Below, in pieces: positions 1 to 10,447 of a stretch of 64,000 bases of DNA. The notes beneath the pieces are model-generated. The model was given only the letters and a program-made list of their open reading frames with translations. It was not told the origin of the DNA and made no database searches. Made by a program: the position numbers and the translations under genes. How positions within the stretch are numbered: the stretch's first letter is position 1; every line of letters starts with the position of its first letter. This DNA comes from Nitrosopumilus sp. (GTDB lineage Archaea; Thermoproteota; Nitrososphaeria; Nitrososphaerales; Nitrosopumilaceae). Location: the NCBI GenBank assembly GCA_003702495.1, contig REGH01000002.1:4917-68916 (forward strand), in the 5' to 3' direction.

Positions 1-900
1 CAATCAGATACAGTAAGAGCAACAGATGACATTTCATTTTCTGTTAAAAAAGGAGAAGTGTTTGTTTTAGCAGGAGAATCAGGTTCTGGCAAGTCAACAA
101 TTGCAAAATTAATTTTAAGATCAATACAACCAGATTCGGGAAAAATATTTTTTGAAAATCAAGAAATTGATAACAATCCGGAAAATTTACAAAAAATTAG
201 AATGGGGTGTCAGATGATTCATCAAGACCCATACGATTCAATAAATCCAAGAATGAAAATTGGAGATATTGTTTCAGAACCATTAGAAGTTCATAATGTT
301 GGAGACAAAAATGAAAGAAGAGAAAGAGTAATTGAAGTACTTCATGAAGTAAAGTTAGAACCTGCTGAAGAAATTATTAAAAAATATCCACATATGTTGT
401 CAGGAGGCCAAAGACAGAGAGTTGTTTTGGCAAGGGCCTTGTCATTAAAGCCAAAAGTAATTTTAGCTGATGAACCAGTTTCAATGCTTGATGTGTCAAT
501 TAGAGCTGAAATGCTTGAATTGATGCACGAATTACAAAAAAAATACAATATTTCCTTTATCTACATCACACATGATTTAGCTACAGCAAGATACTTTGGA
601 CAAAGAATAGGAATTTTGTATCTAGGGAAAATTGTTGAAGTGGGGCCAATTGATCAGGTGTTACTTAGTCCAAAGCACCCCTATACTCAGGCGTTAATTG
701 ATGCAATATCAGAGCCAAATCCAGATAATTTACACAAAGAAAAAAAAATTAGGATTAATGAGCCATCAGATATTGATATTCTTCAAGGCTGTAGGTTCAG
801 AAATAGATGTCAATATGTAATTGATGAATGTAAGATAGAGCCAGATTTAGGGAAAATAGGAGATGAGCATTTTTCAGCTTGTCACGTAAAAATTAACTAA
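1..900 (+). CDS. ABC peptide/oligopeptide transporter ATP-binding subunit (OppF/AppF-like), 5'-truncated by window edge
   Basis: Walker A GESGSGKST, signature LSGGQRQR, Walker B ILADEP, C-terminal GCRFRNRC...ACH oligopeptide-ABC tail; frame is open from base 1 (QSDTVRATDDISFSVKKGEV). Confidence 0.93.
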   Translation, partial: QSDTVRATDDISFSVKKGEVFVLAGESGSGKSTIAKLILRSIQPDSGKIFFENQEIDNNPENLQKIRMGCQMIHQDPYDSINPRMKIGDIVSEPLEVHNVGDKNERRERVIEVLHEVKLEPAEEIIKKYPHMLSGGQRQRVVLARALSLKPKVILADEPVSMLDVSIRAEMLELMHELQKKYNISFIYITHDLATARYFGQRIGILYLGKIVEVGPIDQVLLSPKHPYTQALIDAISEPNPDNLHKEKKIRINEPSDIDILQGCRFRNRCQYVIDECKIEPDLGKIGDEHFSACHVKIN

Positions 901-3900
901 GTAGTTCTAACTGAAGGCATGCGTTTATCTTTGTAAGTGACAACATTAGATACACCATTTTTTGGGAAGACACCATAGATCAGTTTCGCTTTTTGGACTA
1001 CAGAGTCTTTTAGAGAAACCATGATGAATTGACTTTCTTTTGCTCGTTCTTCTAAAATATTGGATAATCTTTCAGAGTTTGGAGCATCAAGGTGTGCATC
1101 TACTTCATCAAACAGGTAGAATGGGGAAGGTTTCAGTTTTTGTAAAGCAAGCACAAATACAATTGCAGCTAATGTTTTTTCACCACCACTAATGGAGGTG
1201 GATTCTCTTTTTGGTTTATTTGGAAATTGTATCAAATAAGAAATTCCAGAATTGAATATGTCATCTTCATTTTGTAATTCTAACCAAGCATTTCCACCAG
1301 TCATTTTATTAAAAATTAATTTGATTTCTTTATCGACCTTGTCAAAAGCATCCAAGAATGTTTGACGTTTGTCTTTTTCAATGTCTTCAATGAATTTGAC
1401 AATAGAGTTTCTTTCTTCTTCAAGAGAATTCTTTCGGGTAGACATTGAACGGTAACCATAAGATACTTCAAGATATGTTTCAGGAGCTTTTGCATTTAAT
1501 GCATTTAATGAAGCAAGTTCAGCAGATAATCCCTGAACAATAGATTCAACATCAAAGGTATCCATATCCTTATCAAAGCCAAATGCAGAAAGAATTTGTT
1601 GCAATTTAGTCTCATTTTCAACTAAATCATGTAAATCTCGGTTCAAAGAGTCGGATTGCCTCTCTAAAGTATTGATTTGTTTTGTCAATTCTCTATCATT
1701 ATCACTTAATACTTTGAGTTTATCATCAAATTCTTTAAGTTGCCCAATTGATGAACCTGAGGTTTCAATGAGTTCTTGTTCTTTTTCTCTTAATTTTACG
1801 AGTACTTCATTTTTTGATTCCTTTTGTATTTCTAGTTGGTTGATTTTTGTTTGTAATTCTTCTTTTTCAGTATTCAAAGAACGTTCTTCATCATGAAGAC
1901 GGTTAGATTGAGATTTTTCGCGATTATCTTGAGTTTCTAATGTAGTTAATTGTGAAGATTTGTCACGGTACTCATTTGTAATGGTGGTGTATAGTTTTTC
2001 AACTTCTACTTTCTTTGCGTTAATTCTAGATAATTCGTTTGCAATACGGTCTTGTTCACCACTTGCGTAGTTATCTTCTACAATGGCAATACGTTCTAAG
2101 ATAGATTCAATATGAGATTCATTAGTTAAAACTTCAGATTCAATAATTTGATCACGTGAAGTTAAACTGGTAATTCTTTCAGTAAGTTGTTTTTTCATAT
2201 CTATTGCAGATTCAATTCTAGGTGTAAGGTTAGAATAGTTTTCATTAGTAGATGCAAATGATTGTTCTGAAATTGAAAGTCGTTCAGAATTCAATTTAAT
2301 AGAGTCATCTAATTTTTTAATTGAATTCTTTTTCAATAGTAGATACTTCTTTACTGCATTAATTGATTGGAACAATCCATCAACGTCACTACTCATAGAA
2401 ATTAATTTTGTAAGTTTAGAAATCTTCGAATCAATATCAATAACAACAGTTCCACCTTTTGCTTCAAAGTATTCACCATCCATAGTTACTGCCTTGTATC
2501 CAGATTGTGAAACATTGTAAGCAGATTCTCGAGTTTGAGTGAGAACAATATTACCAAACAGGAATGTTTTGAGTTCAGCGTATGCATGTTTGCAATGTAC
2601 AAAATCGGAAAGTATGCCTATAACGCCTGACTCAGTAGGTAGTTTGAGTTTGAATTTAGGAATAGAATCCATAGGAATAATTTTGAGCTTAGATAATTTT
2701 CTGGACCTTGCAAACTCTGCAATTCCAAGAAGAGTTGCAAAGTCTTTTACAACTATCGCTTTAATCCAATCAGAACTTACAGCTAAGATAGAACGTTCGT
2801 ATTGTTTATCCCATGAAATCATTTCATAAACTAAACCTTCGATTCCAAGTTGTTCAGCATCTTCTTTTAATTTTGCAACAGTGTAATCTTCATGCATGAA
2901 TCCTTTAACAGTTTTAATTTTAGATTCATATCTAGTTGCAGCTTGATTTGATTTTTCTAAAATTTCACCCCATTCATCCATATCAGAAATAATTTTAGAT
3001 TTTTTAGAGTGTAGTTTTTGTATTCTAGATTTTAATTCAATAATTGTTGCGTCATGATTTCTCATCATAGATTCTAGTTTTGATTTTGAGGAAGTTAATT
3101 CTTCAATTCCACTTTCAAGTCCTTGTAGTTTTTGAGTGTTTGATTCAACTTTGATTCTTGATTCTTCTTTTTCATGATTAAGTTTAGAGAGTTTAAGTTG
3201 CGCATCATTTAGTTGCGTTGTTAATTCTTTAATTTTTTGATCAATTTCAGATTTTTTAGCAGCAGCTTGTGATTGTTCATCTAAAATTTTAGTTCTTTGA
3301 GTATCAACAAGTTCTAAATCAGAATTAATTTTATTTTTCTTAGTATTAGTTTCTTCAATCGATTCTTTAATTTTTAATATCTGAGTATCAATATCACTTC
3401 GTGCAGTATCAACATCTTCAAGTTCTTTTTGAATTTCAGGAATTCTAGAATCAATTTGTTCAATTCTTTTCTTTGATGCAGAAATTGCAGTATTGTCAAT
3501 TTCATAATTTTCCATAGCAGTAGCAATTTCAGTATCAAGTGCAGATTTTGCTTGAGTGTAATCATTTGCTTCGGTCATTAGTTTTGATTTTTCAGATTCC
3601 AAAGTTCCAATTTCAGTTCTAAGAACGCTTCTTTCAGTGTCAAATGTGGTTATTTCAGCAGTAACAGAGTGTAAAGTAGATTCTTTTGACTCTTTTTGAC
3701 TGGAAATTACCTTTAGTTTATTGGCTGCAGCAATAGCCTTGTATCGATTTAATTCACGCTCAAGAATATCATGGCGTAATTTTTGGTTACGTTCTTCTTC
3801 AAGTTCATCTATTCGTTTTTTGATTTCACCCATTTTTGCCAGAGCAATTTCTAATCTTCTATCTGCCTCATCAAGTTGCTTTACAGATTCAGCCTTTTTG

Positions 3901-4421
3901 TCATCAAAATAAGAAAGACCAATTAAATCTTCAATGGTCTTTCTCTTTTCTTCAGATGTGAATTCAGAAATTCTTGTAACGGTTCCTTGTTGAACAGCAT
4001 TTAATTGACCTAAACCAGCATTTGCCATATCAAGTAAATCAAGGATATGACTACGGTTGGTTTTCTTTTTGTTTAGATAGTATGTATTTTCACCATTAGC
4101 ATCCATTTCTCTAGTAATTTCAACAGCATCAGAATCAACCGGAATTTTTCTATCGGAATTATCAAAATGCACACTAGATCTTGCCATTTTTGGTCCACGA
4201 CGATTTCCCTCAATATCATGAATTAATGATCGTAATTTGTCAACTCTCATGACCTTTGGTTTATTTTCACCCATTGCAAAAATGATGGCATCTAAGATGT
4301 TACTTTTACCAGAACCGTTAGGACCGGAGATCGATACAAGTCCAGGTTCAAAGTGTACAGTAGTATTCTTAAAGCCAAATGATTTGAAACCAAAGATCTC
4401 AACTTTTTTTACATGAACCAA
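897..4421 (-). CDS. smc: Chromosome segregation protein SMC
   Basis: 1174 aa; N-terminal GFKSF/GPNGSGKSN, long coiled coils flanking a hinge, C-terminal ISGGEKT signature and FYLFDEVDAHLD Walker B. Confidence 0.97.
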   Translation of the reverse strand: MVHVKKVEIFGFKSFGFKNTTVHFEPGLVSISGPNGSGKSNILDAIIFAMGENKPKVMRVDKLRSLIHDIEGNRRGPKMARSSVHFDNSDRKIPVDSDAVEITREMDANGENTYYLNKKKTNRSHILDLLDMANAGLGQLNAVQQGTVTRISEFTSEEKRKTIEDLIGLSYFDDKKAESVKQLDEADRRLEIALAKMGEIKKRIDELEEERNQKLRHDILERELNRYKAIAAANKLKVISSQKESKESTLHSVTAEITTFDTERSVLRTEIGTLESEKSKLMTEANDYTQAKSALDTEIATAMENYEIDNTAISASKKRIEQIDSRIPEIQKELEDVDTARSDIDTQILKIKESIEETNTKKNKINSDLELVDTQRTKILDEQSQAAAKKSEIDQKIKELTTQLNDAQLKLSKLNHEKEESRIKVESNTQKLQGLESGIEELTSSKSKLESMMRNHDATIIELKSRIQKLHSKKSKIISDMDEWGEILEKSNQAATRYESKIKTVKGFMHEDYTVAKLKEDAEQLGIEGLVYEMISWDKQYERSILAVSSDWIKAIVVKDFATLLGIAEFARSRKLSKLKIIPMDSIPKFKLKLPTESGVIGILSDFVHCKHAYAELKTFLFGNIVLTQTRESAYNVSQSGYKAVTMDGEYFEAKGGTVVIDIDSKISKLTKLISMSSDVDGLFQSINAVKKYLLLKKNSIKKLDDSIKLNSERLSISEQSFASTNENYSNLTPRIESAIDMKKQLTERITSLTSRDQIIESEVLTNESHIESILERIAIVEDNYASGEQDRIANELSRINAKKVEVEKLYTTITNEYRDKSSQLTTLETQDNREKSQSNRLHDEERSLNTEKEELQTKINQLEIQKESKNEVLVKLREKEQELIETSGSSIGQLKEFDDKLKVLSDNDRELTKQINTLERQSDSLNRDLHDLVENETKLQQILSAFGFDKDMDTFDVESIVQGLSAELASLNALNAKAPETYLEVSYGYRSMSTRKNSLEEERNSIVKFIEDIEKDKRQTFLDAFDKVDKEIKLIFNKMTGGNAWLELQNEDDIFNSGISYLIQFPNKPKRESTSISGGEKTLAAIVFVLALQKLKPSPFYLFDEVDAHLDAPNSERLSNILEERAKESQFIMVSLKDSVVQKAKLIYGVFPKNGVSNVVTYKDKRMPSVRTT

Positions 4422-4596
4422 TATGATTATTGGTTCAATTGATGAGATAATCGATGTTTAACAAGTTTAGTTGACACTATTGCATAATTTTTCTTGTTTT
4501 ACTATGATATTTTTCGTAATGGTGATTCACACCAGGTCAATAGTAATGATCGTGATGTGTGCCTACTTATAATTACCAAATGTTCATTCTAAAAAC

Positions 4597-5334
4597 ATGG
4601 TAAAATTAGGAATGATTCAAACTGTTTCATATCAGAATAATCAAAAAGGGATCGCAAGGGTTTCACAGATTTTAAGGAAATTAGGAAGGCAGGAAACAGA
4701 CATTGTTTGCCTTCCAGAACAATGGCTTAAAGAAAATACAATTTCAGACTTTGATTTTGAATTTGGAGAATTCAAAGAAATAGCCAGAGATTTTTCAATG
4801 ACTATCATTCCAGGAGCATTTTATGAAAAGGACAAGAAAAATACTTCAATAGTTGCGCCTGTGATTGGTCCCAAGGGGGAATTCATAGGTAGGCAGGAAA
4901 AAATACATCCATTTGATTACGAACGGGATATCGTCAAGCCTGGAAAAGAGGCTAAAATTTTCAATACAGCCTGTAAGTTTGGAGTGATAATTTGCTATGA
5001 TATGGTATTCCCACAAGTAGCAAATACTTTGACTAAAAAAGGAGCCCAAGTATTACTATCACCTAGCAGAATTGTGAGAAGAGGAATAGAATCATGGCAA
5101 ATGTATGTTCAAGTAAGAGCACTTGAGAACAGGATTCCAATTCTGGCGGCAAATGTAGAAAACAGAAGATTTGGCGGTAACAGTACCATTGTAGATTTGG
5201 TGGAGAATAACAAAGTGGTCAATACCAAACTAACCAAACTAAAAAAAGAAAATTCTGTTTCAAAAGAATTCAAATTAAAAAAATATCAAAAAACCAGAAA
5301 AATTAGATTTTCAGACGCAAACAAGTTTAGTTAA
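4597..5334 (+). CDS. Carbon-nitrogen hydrolase (nitrilase superfamily)
   Basis: Catalytic triad motifs CLPE, QEKIH, IICYD; RALEN motif. Confidence 0.9.
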   Translation: MVKLGMIQTVSYQNNQKGIARVSQILRKLGRQETDIVCLPEQWLKENTISDFDFEFGEFKEIARDFSMTIIPGAFYEKDKKNTSIVAPVIGPKGEFIGRQEKIHPFDYERDIVKPGKEAKIFNTACKFGVIICYDMVFPQVANTLTKKGAQVLLSPSRIVRRGIESWQMYVQVRALENRIPILAANVENRRFGGNSTIVDLVENNKVVNTKLTKLKKENSVSKEFKLKKYQKTRKIRFSDANKFS

Positions 5335-6429
5335 TTATTCGCCAGATACAAATTTTTCACATGCAGTCTTTGCAGCAACATCCGAAGTTTGTTCAATTGG
5401 GTGTTTCATTAAATATGCACTAGCAGGTTTGATTGGACCTCCAACACCTCTATCAAGAGCAATCTTTGCAAGTCTAATTGCATCAATTACAATACCTGCA
5501 GAATTTGCTTTATCATCAACATCTAAACGGACTTCCATATTGTAAGGAATGTTTGCCCATTGACGACCTTCAATTCTCATAAACATCAATTTGGTGTTGC
5601 CTAAGAACGGGATAAAATCAGAAGGACCCACATAGATTTGATCATCATCTAGTCGTTCATCAAGTTGGCTTTGAACACTTTCAGTTTTAGAAATTTTCTT
5701 AGATACTAGTCTCTCCTGTTCTTTCATGTTCAGGAAATCAGTATTTCCACCAACATTGATTTGGTATGTTTTTTCAATTTTAGTTCCCCTATCATTACAT
5801 AATTTAGCTAGTGTTCTGTGAACAATTGTTGCTCCAACTTGACCTTTAATGTCATCACCAATACATGGAATGTTTTTCTCTTCAAATTTTTTAGCCCATT
5901 CAGGGTCGGATGCAATGAAGGAAGGAATGCAGTTTACAAAAGCTGTATGAGTATCAAGACAAACTTGAGCCCAAAATTGTGTGACTTTATCTGAACCTAC
6001 GGGTAAATAAGATACAATAATTTCAGTGCCAGTTTCTTTGATGATTCTTTTTGCCTCCTCTGCAATTTCTTCATCACTTTTTGTACTTTGGATTGGTTTT
6101 ACTCTATTTTCAACCCACAATCCAACGCCATCTAAAACAGGGCTTTCATGTACTTTGCCATCTGTTTTTGGCATTTCATCTTTTGGAATCCAATCAACCA
6201 TGTTTGGATATTCATAAATTGCCTCATTGATTGGTTTTCCAACTTTATTTTCTCCAACATCAAATCCACATACAAAGTCAATATCATGAATTCCATATCC
6301 TGCTAATTTATCGTGAATAATTCCAATTACTTGTTGAGAAGGATTTTTTCTATAGTATTCAATACCTTGAATAAGTCCTGAAAAGCAGTTTCCAATTCCT
6401 ACCAATCCAACTTTGATTCTTCCTGTCAT
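5335..6429 (-). CDS. ino1: myo-inositol-1-phosphate synthase
   Basis: VGIGNC Rossmann motif, GDDIKGQVGAT, QINVGGNTDFLN, DKANSAG, AYLMKHP. Confidence 0.95.
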   Translation of the reverse strand: MTGRIKVGLVGIGNCFSGLIQGIEYYRKNPSQQVIGIIHDKLAGYGIHDIDFVCGFDVGENKVGKPINEAIYEYPNMVDWIPKDEMPKTDGKVHESPVLDGVGLWVENRVKPIQSTKSDEEIAEEAKRIIKETGTEIIVSYLPVGSDKVTQFWAQVCLDTHTAFVNCIPSFIASDPEWAKKFEEKNIPCIGDDIKGQVGATIVHRTLAKLCNDRGTKIEKTYQINVGGNTDFLNMKEQERLVSKKISKTESVQSQLDERLDDDQIYVGPSDFIPFLGNTKLMFMRIEGRQWANIPYNMEVRLDVDDKANSAGIVIDAIRLAKIALDRGVGGPIKPASAYLMKHPIEQTSDVAAKTACEKFVSGE

Positions 6430-6532
6430 TCGAAGAGTGGTGATATTGGGCGGGTTTAAAGTTTTCTTAGATATTTGAAAAAGAATTCAAAGTTAAGGCA
6501 GAATTTTATACTTGGTTTCATCGAATTAGAAT

Positions 6533-7474
6533 ATGGTTGATCCAGGTCGTCCAGTAAAAGACATAGAGATTGATTCTAACACATCTATTGAGAAAATATT
6601 TGAGGAATTATCTAAATCAGGAGGATTTGAATCAGTAAATCTATCAGCAGGTGTGGATATTTTATCAGAAATGATTACAGACAAACAATGTCTTAAATTC
6701 ATTTCATTTGTAGGGGCAGTAGTATCTACAGGATTAAGAGGAATTCTAAAAGACATGCTCAAAAACAAATGGTTTGATGTAGCAATTACAACTTGTGGTG
6801 CATTAGATCATGACATTGCAAGACACTTTTCACATTACAAAGAAGGGTCATTTACTATGGATGACAATGAACTTGCAGACCAAGATATCCACAGATTAGG
6901 CAATGTACTTGTGCCTATGGACAGTTATGGACCACTGATTGAAGAAAAGATGCAAGGATTCTTAGAAGAAGAATATCAACAGGGCGTAAAAGAAATGACT
7001 ACAGCAGAAATTTGTAAAATGATTGGAAAACATTTGGGGGAAGATTCATTTCTTTATTGGGCATACAAAAACGACATCAGTGTTGTAGTTCCAGGAATAA
7101 TGGATGGAGCAGTAGGAAGTCAGATTTGGTTATTCACACAAAAACATAATGATTTCAAGTTGAACATGGCAGGTGATGCAGATTTACTTTCAGGGTACAT
7201 CTTCAAAGCAGAAAAATCAGGAGCATTTATGATTGGAGGGGGAATTTCAAAACATCACACTTTATGGTGGAATCAGTACAGAGAAGGATTAGATTATGCA
7301 TTTTACATTACAACTGCACAAGAATTTGATGGTAGTCTTAGCGGAGCATTAGTTAGAGAAGCAATTTCTTGGGGAAAAGTTACACAGAAAGCAAAACAAT
7401 CTACATTACATGCAGAAGTAACTACTATCTTACCATTTATCTACGCAGCACTAGTATCCAAATTACAAAATTAG
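6533..7474 (+). CDS. dys: Deoxyhypusine synthase
   Basis: GAVVSTGLR, ITTCGALDHD, DGAVG, GGGISKHH, DGSLSGA and EAISWGK (active-site Lys). Confidence 0.95.
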   Translation: MVDPGRPVKDIEIDSNTSIEKIFEELSKSGGFESVNLSAGVDILSEMITDKQCLKFISFVGAVVSTGLRGILKDMLKNKWFDVAITTCGALDHDIARHFSHYKEGSFTMDDNELADQDIHRLGNVLVPMDSYGPLIEEKMQGFLEEEYQQGVKEMTTAEICKMIGKHLGEDSFLYWAYKNDISVVVPGIMDGAVGSQIWLFTQKHNDFKLNMAGDADLLSGYIFKAEKSGAFMIGGGISKHHTLWWNQYREGLDYAFYITTAQEFDGSLSGALVREAISWGKVTQKAKQSTLHAEVTTILPFIYAALVSKLQN

Positions 7475-7510
7475 ACAAAACCTATTATCTAATAAAAACA
7501 AAAAATAAAC

Positions 7511-8224
7511 ATGTACCCAAAAATCAGAATCAAAGAATTCAAACCACTTAATTTAGAAGGAGGATATCTTATCGATGGATTTCCATCAGCAGGTTTTAGT
7601 AGTGCAATTGCAACTGAGTCAATGGTACATACATCACAATTTCAATTAGCAGGAATAATTGATTCAGACATATTTCCCCCAATTAGCATAATTAAAGATG
7701 GTAAACCAAACTACCCATCAAGAATTTTTGTTAATGAAGAATTGAAAGTTGGCGTATTTTTATCATATCTTACGCTAGATCAATCATTACATAAAACCAC
7801 AGCCAAAACAATGCTCAAATGGGCACAAAAACACAAAATAGGATTGGTTGTTAGTAGTATCGCAGTCAAATCACCAAATGGGGATGAGGATTTGATTGGA
7901 ATTGGAAGTACAGATTCGGCAAGAGAAAAAATAAGAAATGCAGGATTAAAAGTATTGGAACATGGAACAGTTCCAGGAATTCCAGGTACGTTGTTAAATG
8001 AAGCAAGTATTACCGGACAAGAGGTAATTGTTATTATTTTTCATACAAATGGAGAGGGTCCTGACTTTAAATCAAGTGCACAATTATGTTTAGCAATGTC
8101 AAAATTGATTCCAGGAACTTCGTGTGACATACCGGCTTTACAACAAGAGGCAGAAAAAGCTGAAACAGTTATCAAAGAAGCTGAAGAAGAATCTAAACAT
8201 CTAAAAGATTCTATGTACATGTAG
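7511..8224 (+). CDS. PAC2-family proteasome assembly chaperone (PbaA/B-like)
   Basis: LIDGFPSAG N-terminal motif, VPGIPGTLL, GPDFKSSA; paralog of 53846-54571. Confidence 0.8.
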   Translation: MYPKIRIKEFKPLNLEGGYLIDGFPSAGFSSAIATESMVHTSQFQLAGIIDSDIFPPISIIKDGKPNYPSRIFVNEELKVGVFLSYLTLDQSLHKTTAKTMLKWAQKHKIGLVVSSIAVKSPNGDEDLIGIGSTDSAREKIRNAGLKVLEHGTVPGIPGTLLNEASITGQEVIVIIFHTNGEGPDFKSSAQLCLAMSKLIPGTSCDIPALQQEAEKAETVIKEAEEESKHLKDSMYM

Positions 8225-8266
8225 TACCTTCGATTATGTTTATTTCATAATCAAAATAATGAAAAT

Positions 8267-8896
8267 TTGGATTATATGGAACAATTCATAGAATTTGCAG
8301 TACTAGTAATAATTATCTCAGCATCAGGAGTAATGGCTCCAGGTCCACTTTTTGCAGCCAACATATCATATGGATTAAGAGAAGGCGGAAAATCAGGAAT
8401 CAAAATGGCCACAGGTCATGCAATTGTAGAGTTACCATTAGTCATATTGTTAGGGATTGGAGTTTTCTCGTTAGAAAGTTTTCCAGAATTTAGAACGATT
8501 ATTTCAATTTTAGGAGCAATAACACTTTTTGTTTTTGCATCATTACAAATCAGGACAGTTCTTAGAGAAAAAGAAGTTTTAGTTACAAATCCAAAACAAA
8601 GTGCATTAATCACAGGAGTCTTGTTAAGTGGATTAAACCCATTTTTCATCATTTGGTGGTTAACTATTGGATTCAAATTAATTTCAGATGCTATGATGAT
8701 TTGGGCATTTTCAGGAATGTTAATTATGTTTGGATTACATATTTGGATGGATTTTGTATGGTTGGGAGGAATTTCAGTTTTAGCGTCAAAAAGCAAAAAA
8801 ATTCTTTCAAACAAAAATTACAAAATTTTGATAATAGGATTAAGTGTTATGCTAATTTATTTTGGAATTACATTTTTGCAAGAAATACAGTATTAA
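8267..8896 (+). CDS. LysE-family translocator
   Basis: SGVMAPGP N-terminal motif, LNPFFIIWW, six hydrophobic segments. Confidence 0.85.
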   Translation: MDYMEQFIEFAVLVIIISASGVMAPGPLFAANISYGLREGGKSGIKMATGHAIVELPLVILLGIGVFSLESFPEFRTIISILGAITLFVFASLQIRTVLREKEVLVTNPKQSALITGVLLSGLNPFFIIWWLTIGFKLISDAMMIWAFSGMLIMFGLHIWMDFVWLGGISVLASKSKKILSNKNYKILIIGLSVMLIYFGITFLQEIQY

Positions 8897-9132
8897 CCAC
8901 AATCAAGAATTTCAATTTGAGGTTTGCAAGAATCATTAAACAAATCAATTTTCTCAACAATTATTTCACAAAACTCCGGATCAAGTGTCTCTTGATAAGA
9001 ATCAATTTCATTTAAAATTGTCATATGTTGAATACCACAAGAAGAATTTGAAAATAATATCGCGAGTATTAAGATTAGAATTCCACAAAGAATTATCAGA
9101 AGGGTTTTAGATTTATTCCTTTGAGATGTCAA
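8893..9132 (-). CDS. Small membrane-anchored hypothetical protein (79 aa)
   Basis: Likely TTG start at 9132 overlapping the alba stop; N-terminal TM segment then acidic domain with several Cys. Confidence 0.6.
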   Translation of the reverse strand: MTSQRNKSKTLLIILCGILILILAILFSNSSCGIQHMTILNEIDSYQETLDPEFCEIIVEKIDLFNDSCKPQIEILDCG

Positions 9133-9580
9133 TTTCCATGGTAGAGACGTTTCGTTGCTTACCATCTTGAGAAGTTAGTGAATCGGATGAGATTCTTACA
9201 TCACTAATTAGATATCCAACAGAATCCATTCTTTTTACAATCATTTGAGATACATCAACAGCTTGGGTGATTCTTTTTCCTCTTGCCTTTATTGTGACAG
9301 TAGGTCTTGTTGAAAGTTGAGTTAAAGTTGCAGAAACATAAGTCATGATTGGTTTTGTACCAACAAAAATTACATCACGTTCTTCTGAAGGTTTAGAAGT
9401 TTCTGGTGTTGGTGTTGGTTCTGGTTCTGGTGTTGGTTCTGGTTCTGGTGTTGGTTCTGGTTCTGGTGTTGGTTCTGGTTCTGGTGTTGGTTCTGGTTCT
9501 GGTGTTGGTTCTGGTTTAATTCTAGAGTCAAATTCTGATAAAATATCTTCTGCATCTTTTGATTTTCTATTATCACTCAA
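9113..9580 (-). CDS. albA: Alba DNA/RNA-binding protein with N-terminal Pro/Glu/Thr repeat extension
   Basis: VIFVGTKPIMTYV, VTIKARGKRITQAVDV, NVSTMEIDI Alba motifs; likely TTG start at 9580 (ORF track extends to 9601). Confidence 0.9.
   Translation of the reverse strand: MSDNRKSKDAEDILSEFDSRIKPEPTPEPEPTPEPEPTPEPEPTPEPEPTPEPEPTPTPETSKPSEERDVIFVGTKPIMTYVSATLTQLSTRPTVTIKARGKRITQAVDVSQMIVKRMDSVGYLISDVRISSDSLTSQDGKQRNVSTMEIDISKE
9410..9515. repeat. Perfect 18-bp tandem repeat (~6 copies) encoding (PEPTPE)n in alba
   Basis: TGGTGTTGGTTCTGGTTC unit repeated without synonymous changes on the + strand. Confidence 0.95.
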
Positions 9581-9620
9581 TTCGTTATTCCTTAATAACA
9601 AAATTCTCTCTTGCTTTTAT

Positions 9621-9872
9621 TTAATTATTCAGGTCTTGACCTTTAAGATAGTCATCAAATAATTTTTCCAGATCGTCATCACTATGAATTTGCTTGATTT
9701 TCTCTACAAGTTCTTTTTCCTCAATCTCATAACAATTCATGACATCTTGTGAATCTTTGAAAACTAACATTGCTTTTTCTTTGAAAATGCAATGATATAG
9801 TTTCTCTTGTTCCATTTTTTCAGGTTTTATTTTGAGCCCATTTTCATCAACGGAAACAGGATAATCGTCCAC
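9621..9872 (-). CDS. Hypothetical protein (83 aa)
   Basis: Fills the gap upstream of alba on the same strand; typical acidic/basic composition. Confidence 0.7.
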   Translation of the reverse strand: MDDYPVSVDENGLKIKPEKMEQEKLYHCIFKEKAMLVFKDSQDVMNCYEIEEKELVEKIKQIHSDDDLEKLFDDYLKGQDLNN

Positions 9873-10015
9873 GATATTGGTAAGTGGATTGGGTATTTAG
9901 ATTAATCATGTCAACTTTTTGTAAATATTTTTTGCCTCAGTATTTACAGTTGAATAACCTACTTATTTCTCAATATATCTTAATTTCTCCAAATGATTCT
10001 TAGAAAGTTTAGGAT

Positions 10016-10309
10016 CTAAGGACTTCCAAAGTACTCATTCTTTTGTTCTTCTGTGCCATATGCCATCATAGCATCACCTAAACAATCTCCATAAGCCCCT
10101 TTTTTTACAATATCTTCTGCAAACATGAGATTCATGTTATATGAAATTCCAGTTTCTATAGAGTCAAAATCAACAAGACATTTTTCATATGCTTCTTCAA
10201 GTAATCTTTGATTTTCTTTTAAACTCATGTCATTAATTATGATAAATGTAATCAATGCAACTAATGCAATAATAGCTACAATAATTACACCGATAAACAT
10301 GGTTTTCAT
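10016..10309 (-). CDS. Hypothetical membrane-anchored protein (97 aa)
   Basis: ATG start, N-terminal TM helix IGVIIVAIIALVALITFIII, no competing ORF. Confidence 0.65.
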   Translation of the reverse strand: MKTMFIGVIIVAIIALVALITFIIINDMSLKENQRLLEEAYEKCLVDFDSIETGISYNMNLMFAEDIVKKGAYGDCLGDAMMAYGTEEQKNEYFGSP

Positions 10310-10447
10310 GATTACAATCTAACAAAATCCATTTTTAATAATATTGCTAATTCTCAAATATTATCCAATATGGTAATAATTACAATAAAGTTTGATGAAT
10401 TAGATAAATACACAATATTGTAATAATCTAAAGTTTATTACAAAATA

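Noticed and set aside
897-4421. SMC as a Wadjet/MksB-type defence or repair ATPase
   Set aside because: Canonical condensin SMC length, hinge and motifs, with no jet/mks partners adjacent
4430-4596. smc/nitrilase intergenic region as an sRNA, dif site or origin
   Set aside because: No complete box set, no ORB-like or Xer-like symmetric site recognisable; fits a divergent promoter
9410-9515. Repeat array as a possible CRISPR
   Set aside because: Head-to-tail repeats with no spacers, in-frame in a gene, and no cas genes in the window
9345-9662. (GSGVGS)n and (QNQH)n ORFs in alternative frames
   Set aside because: By-products of the stop-free 18-bp repeat inside alba
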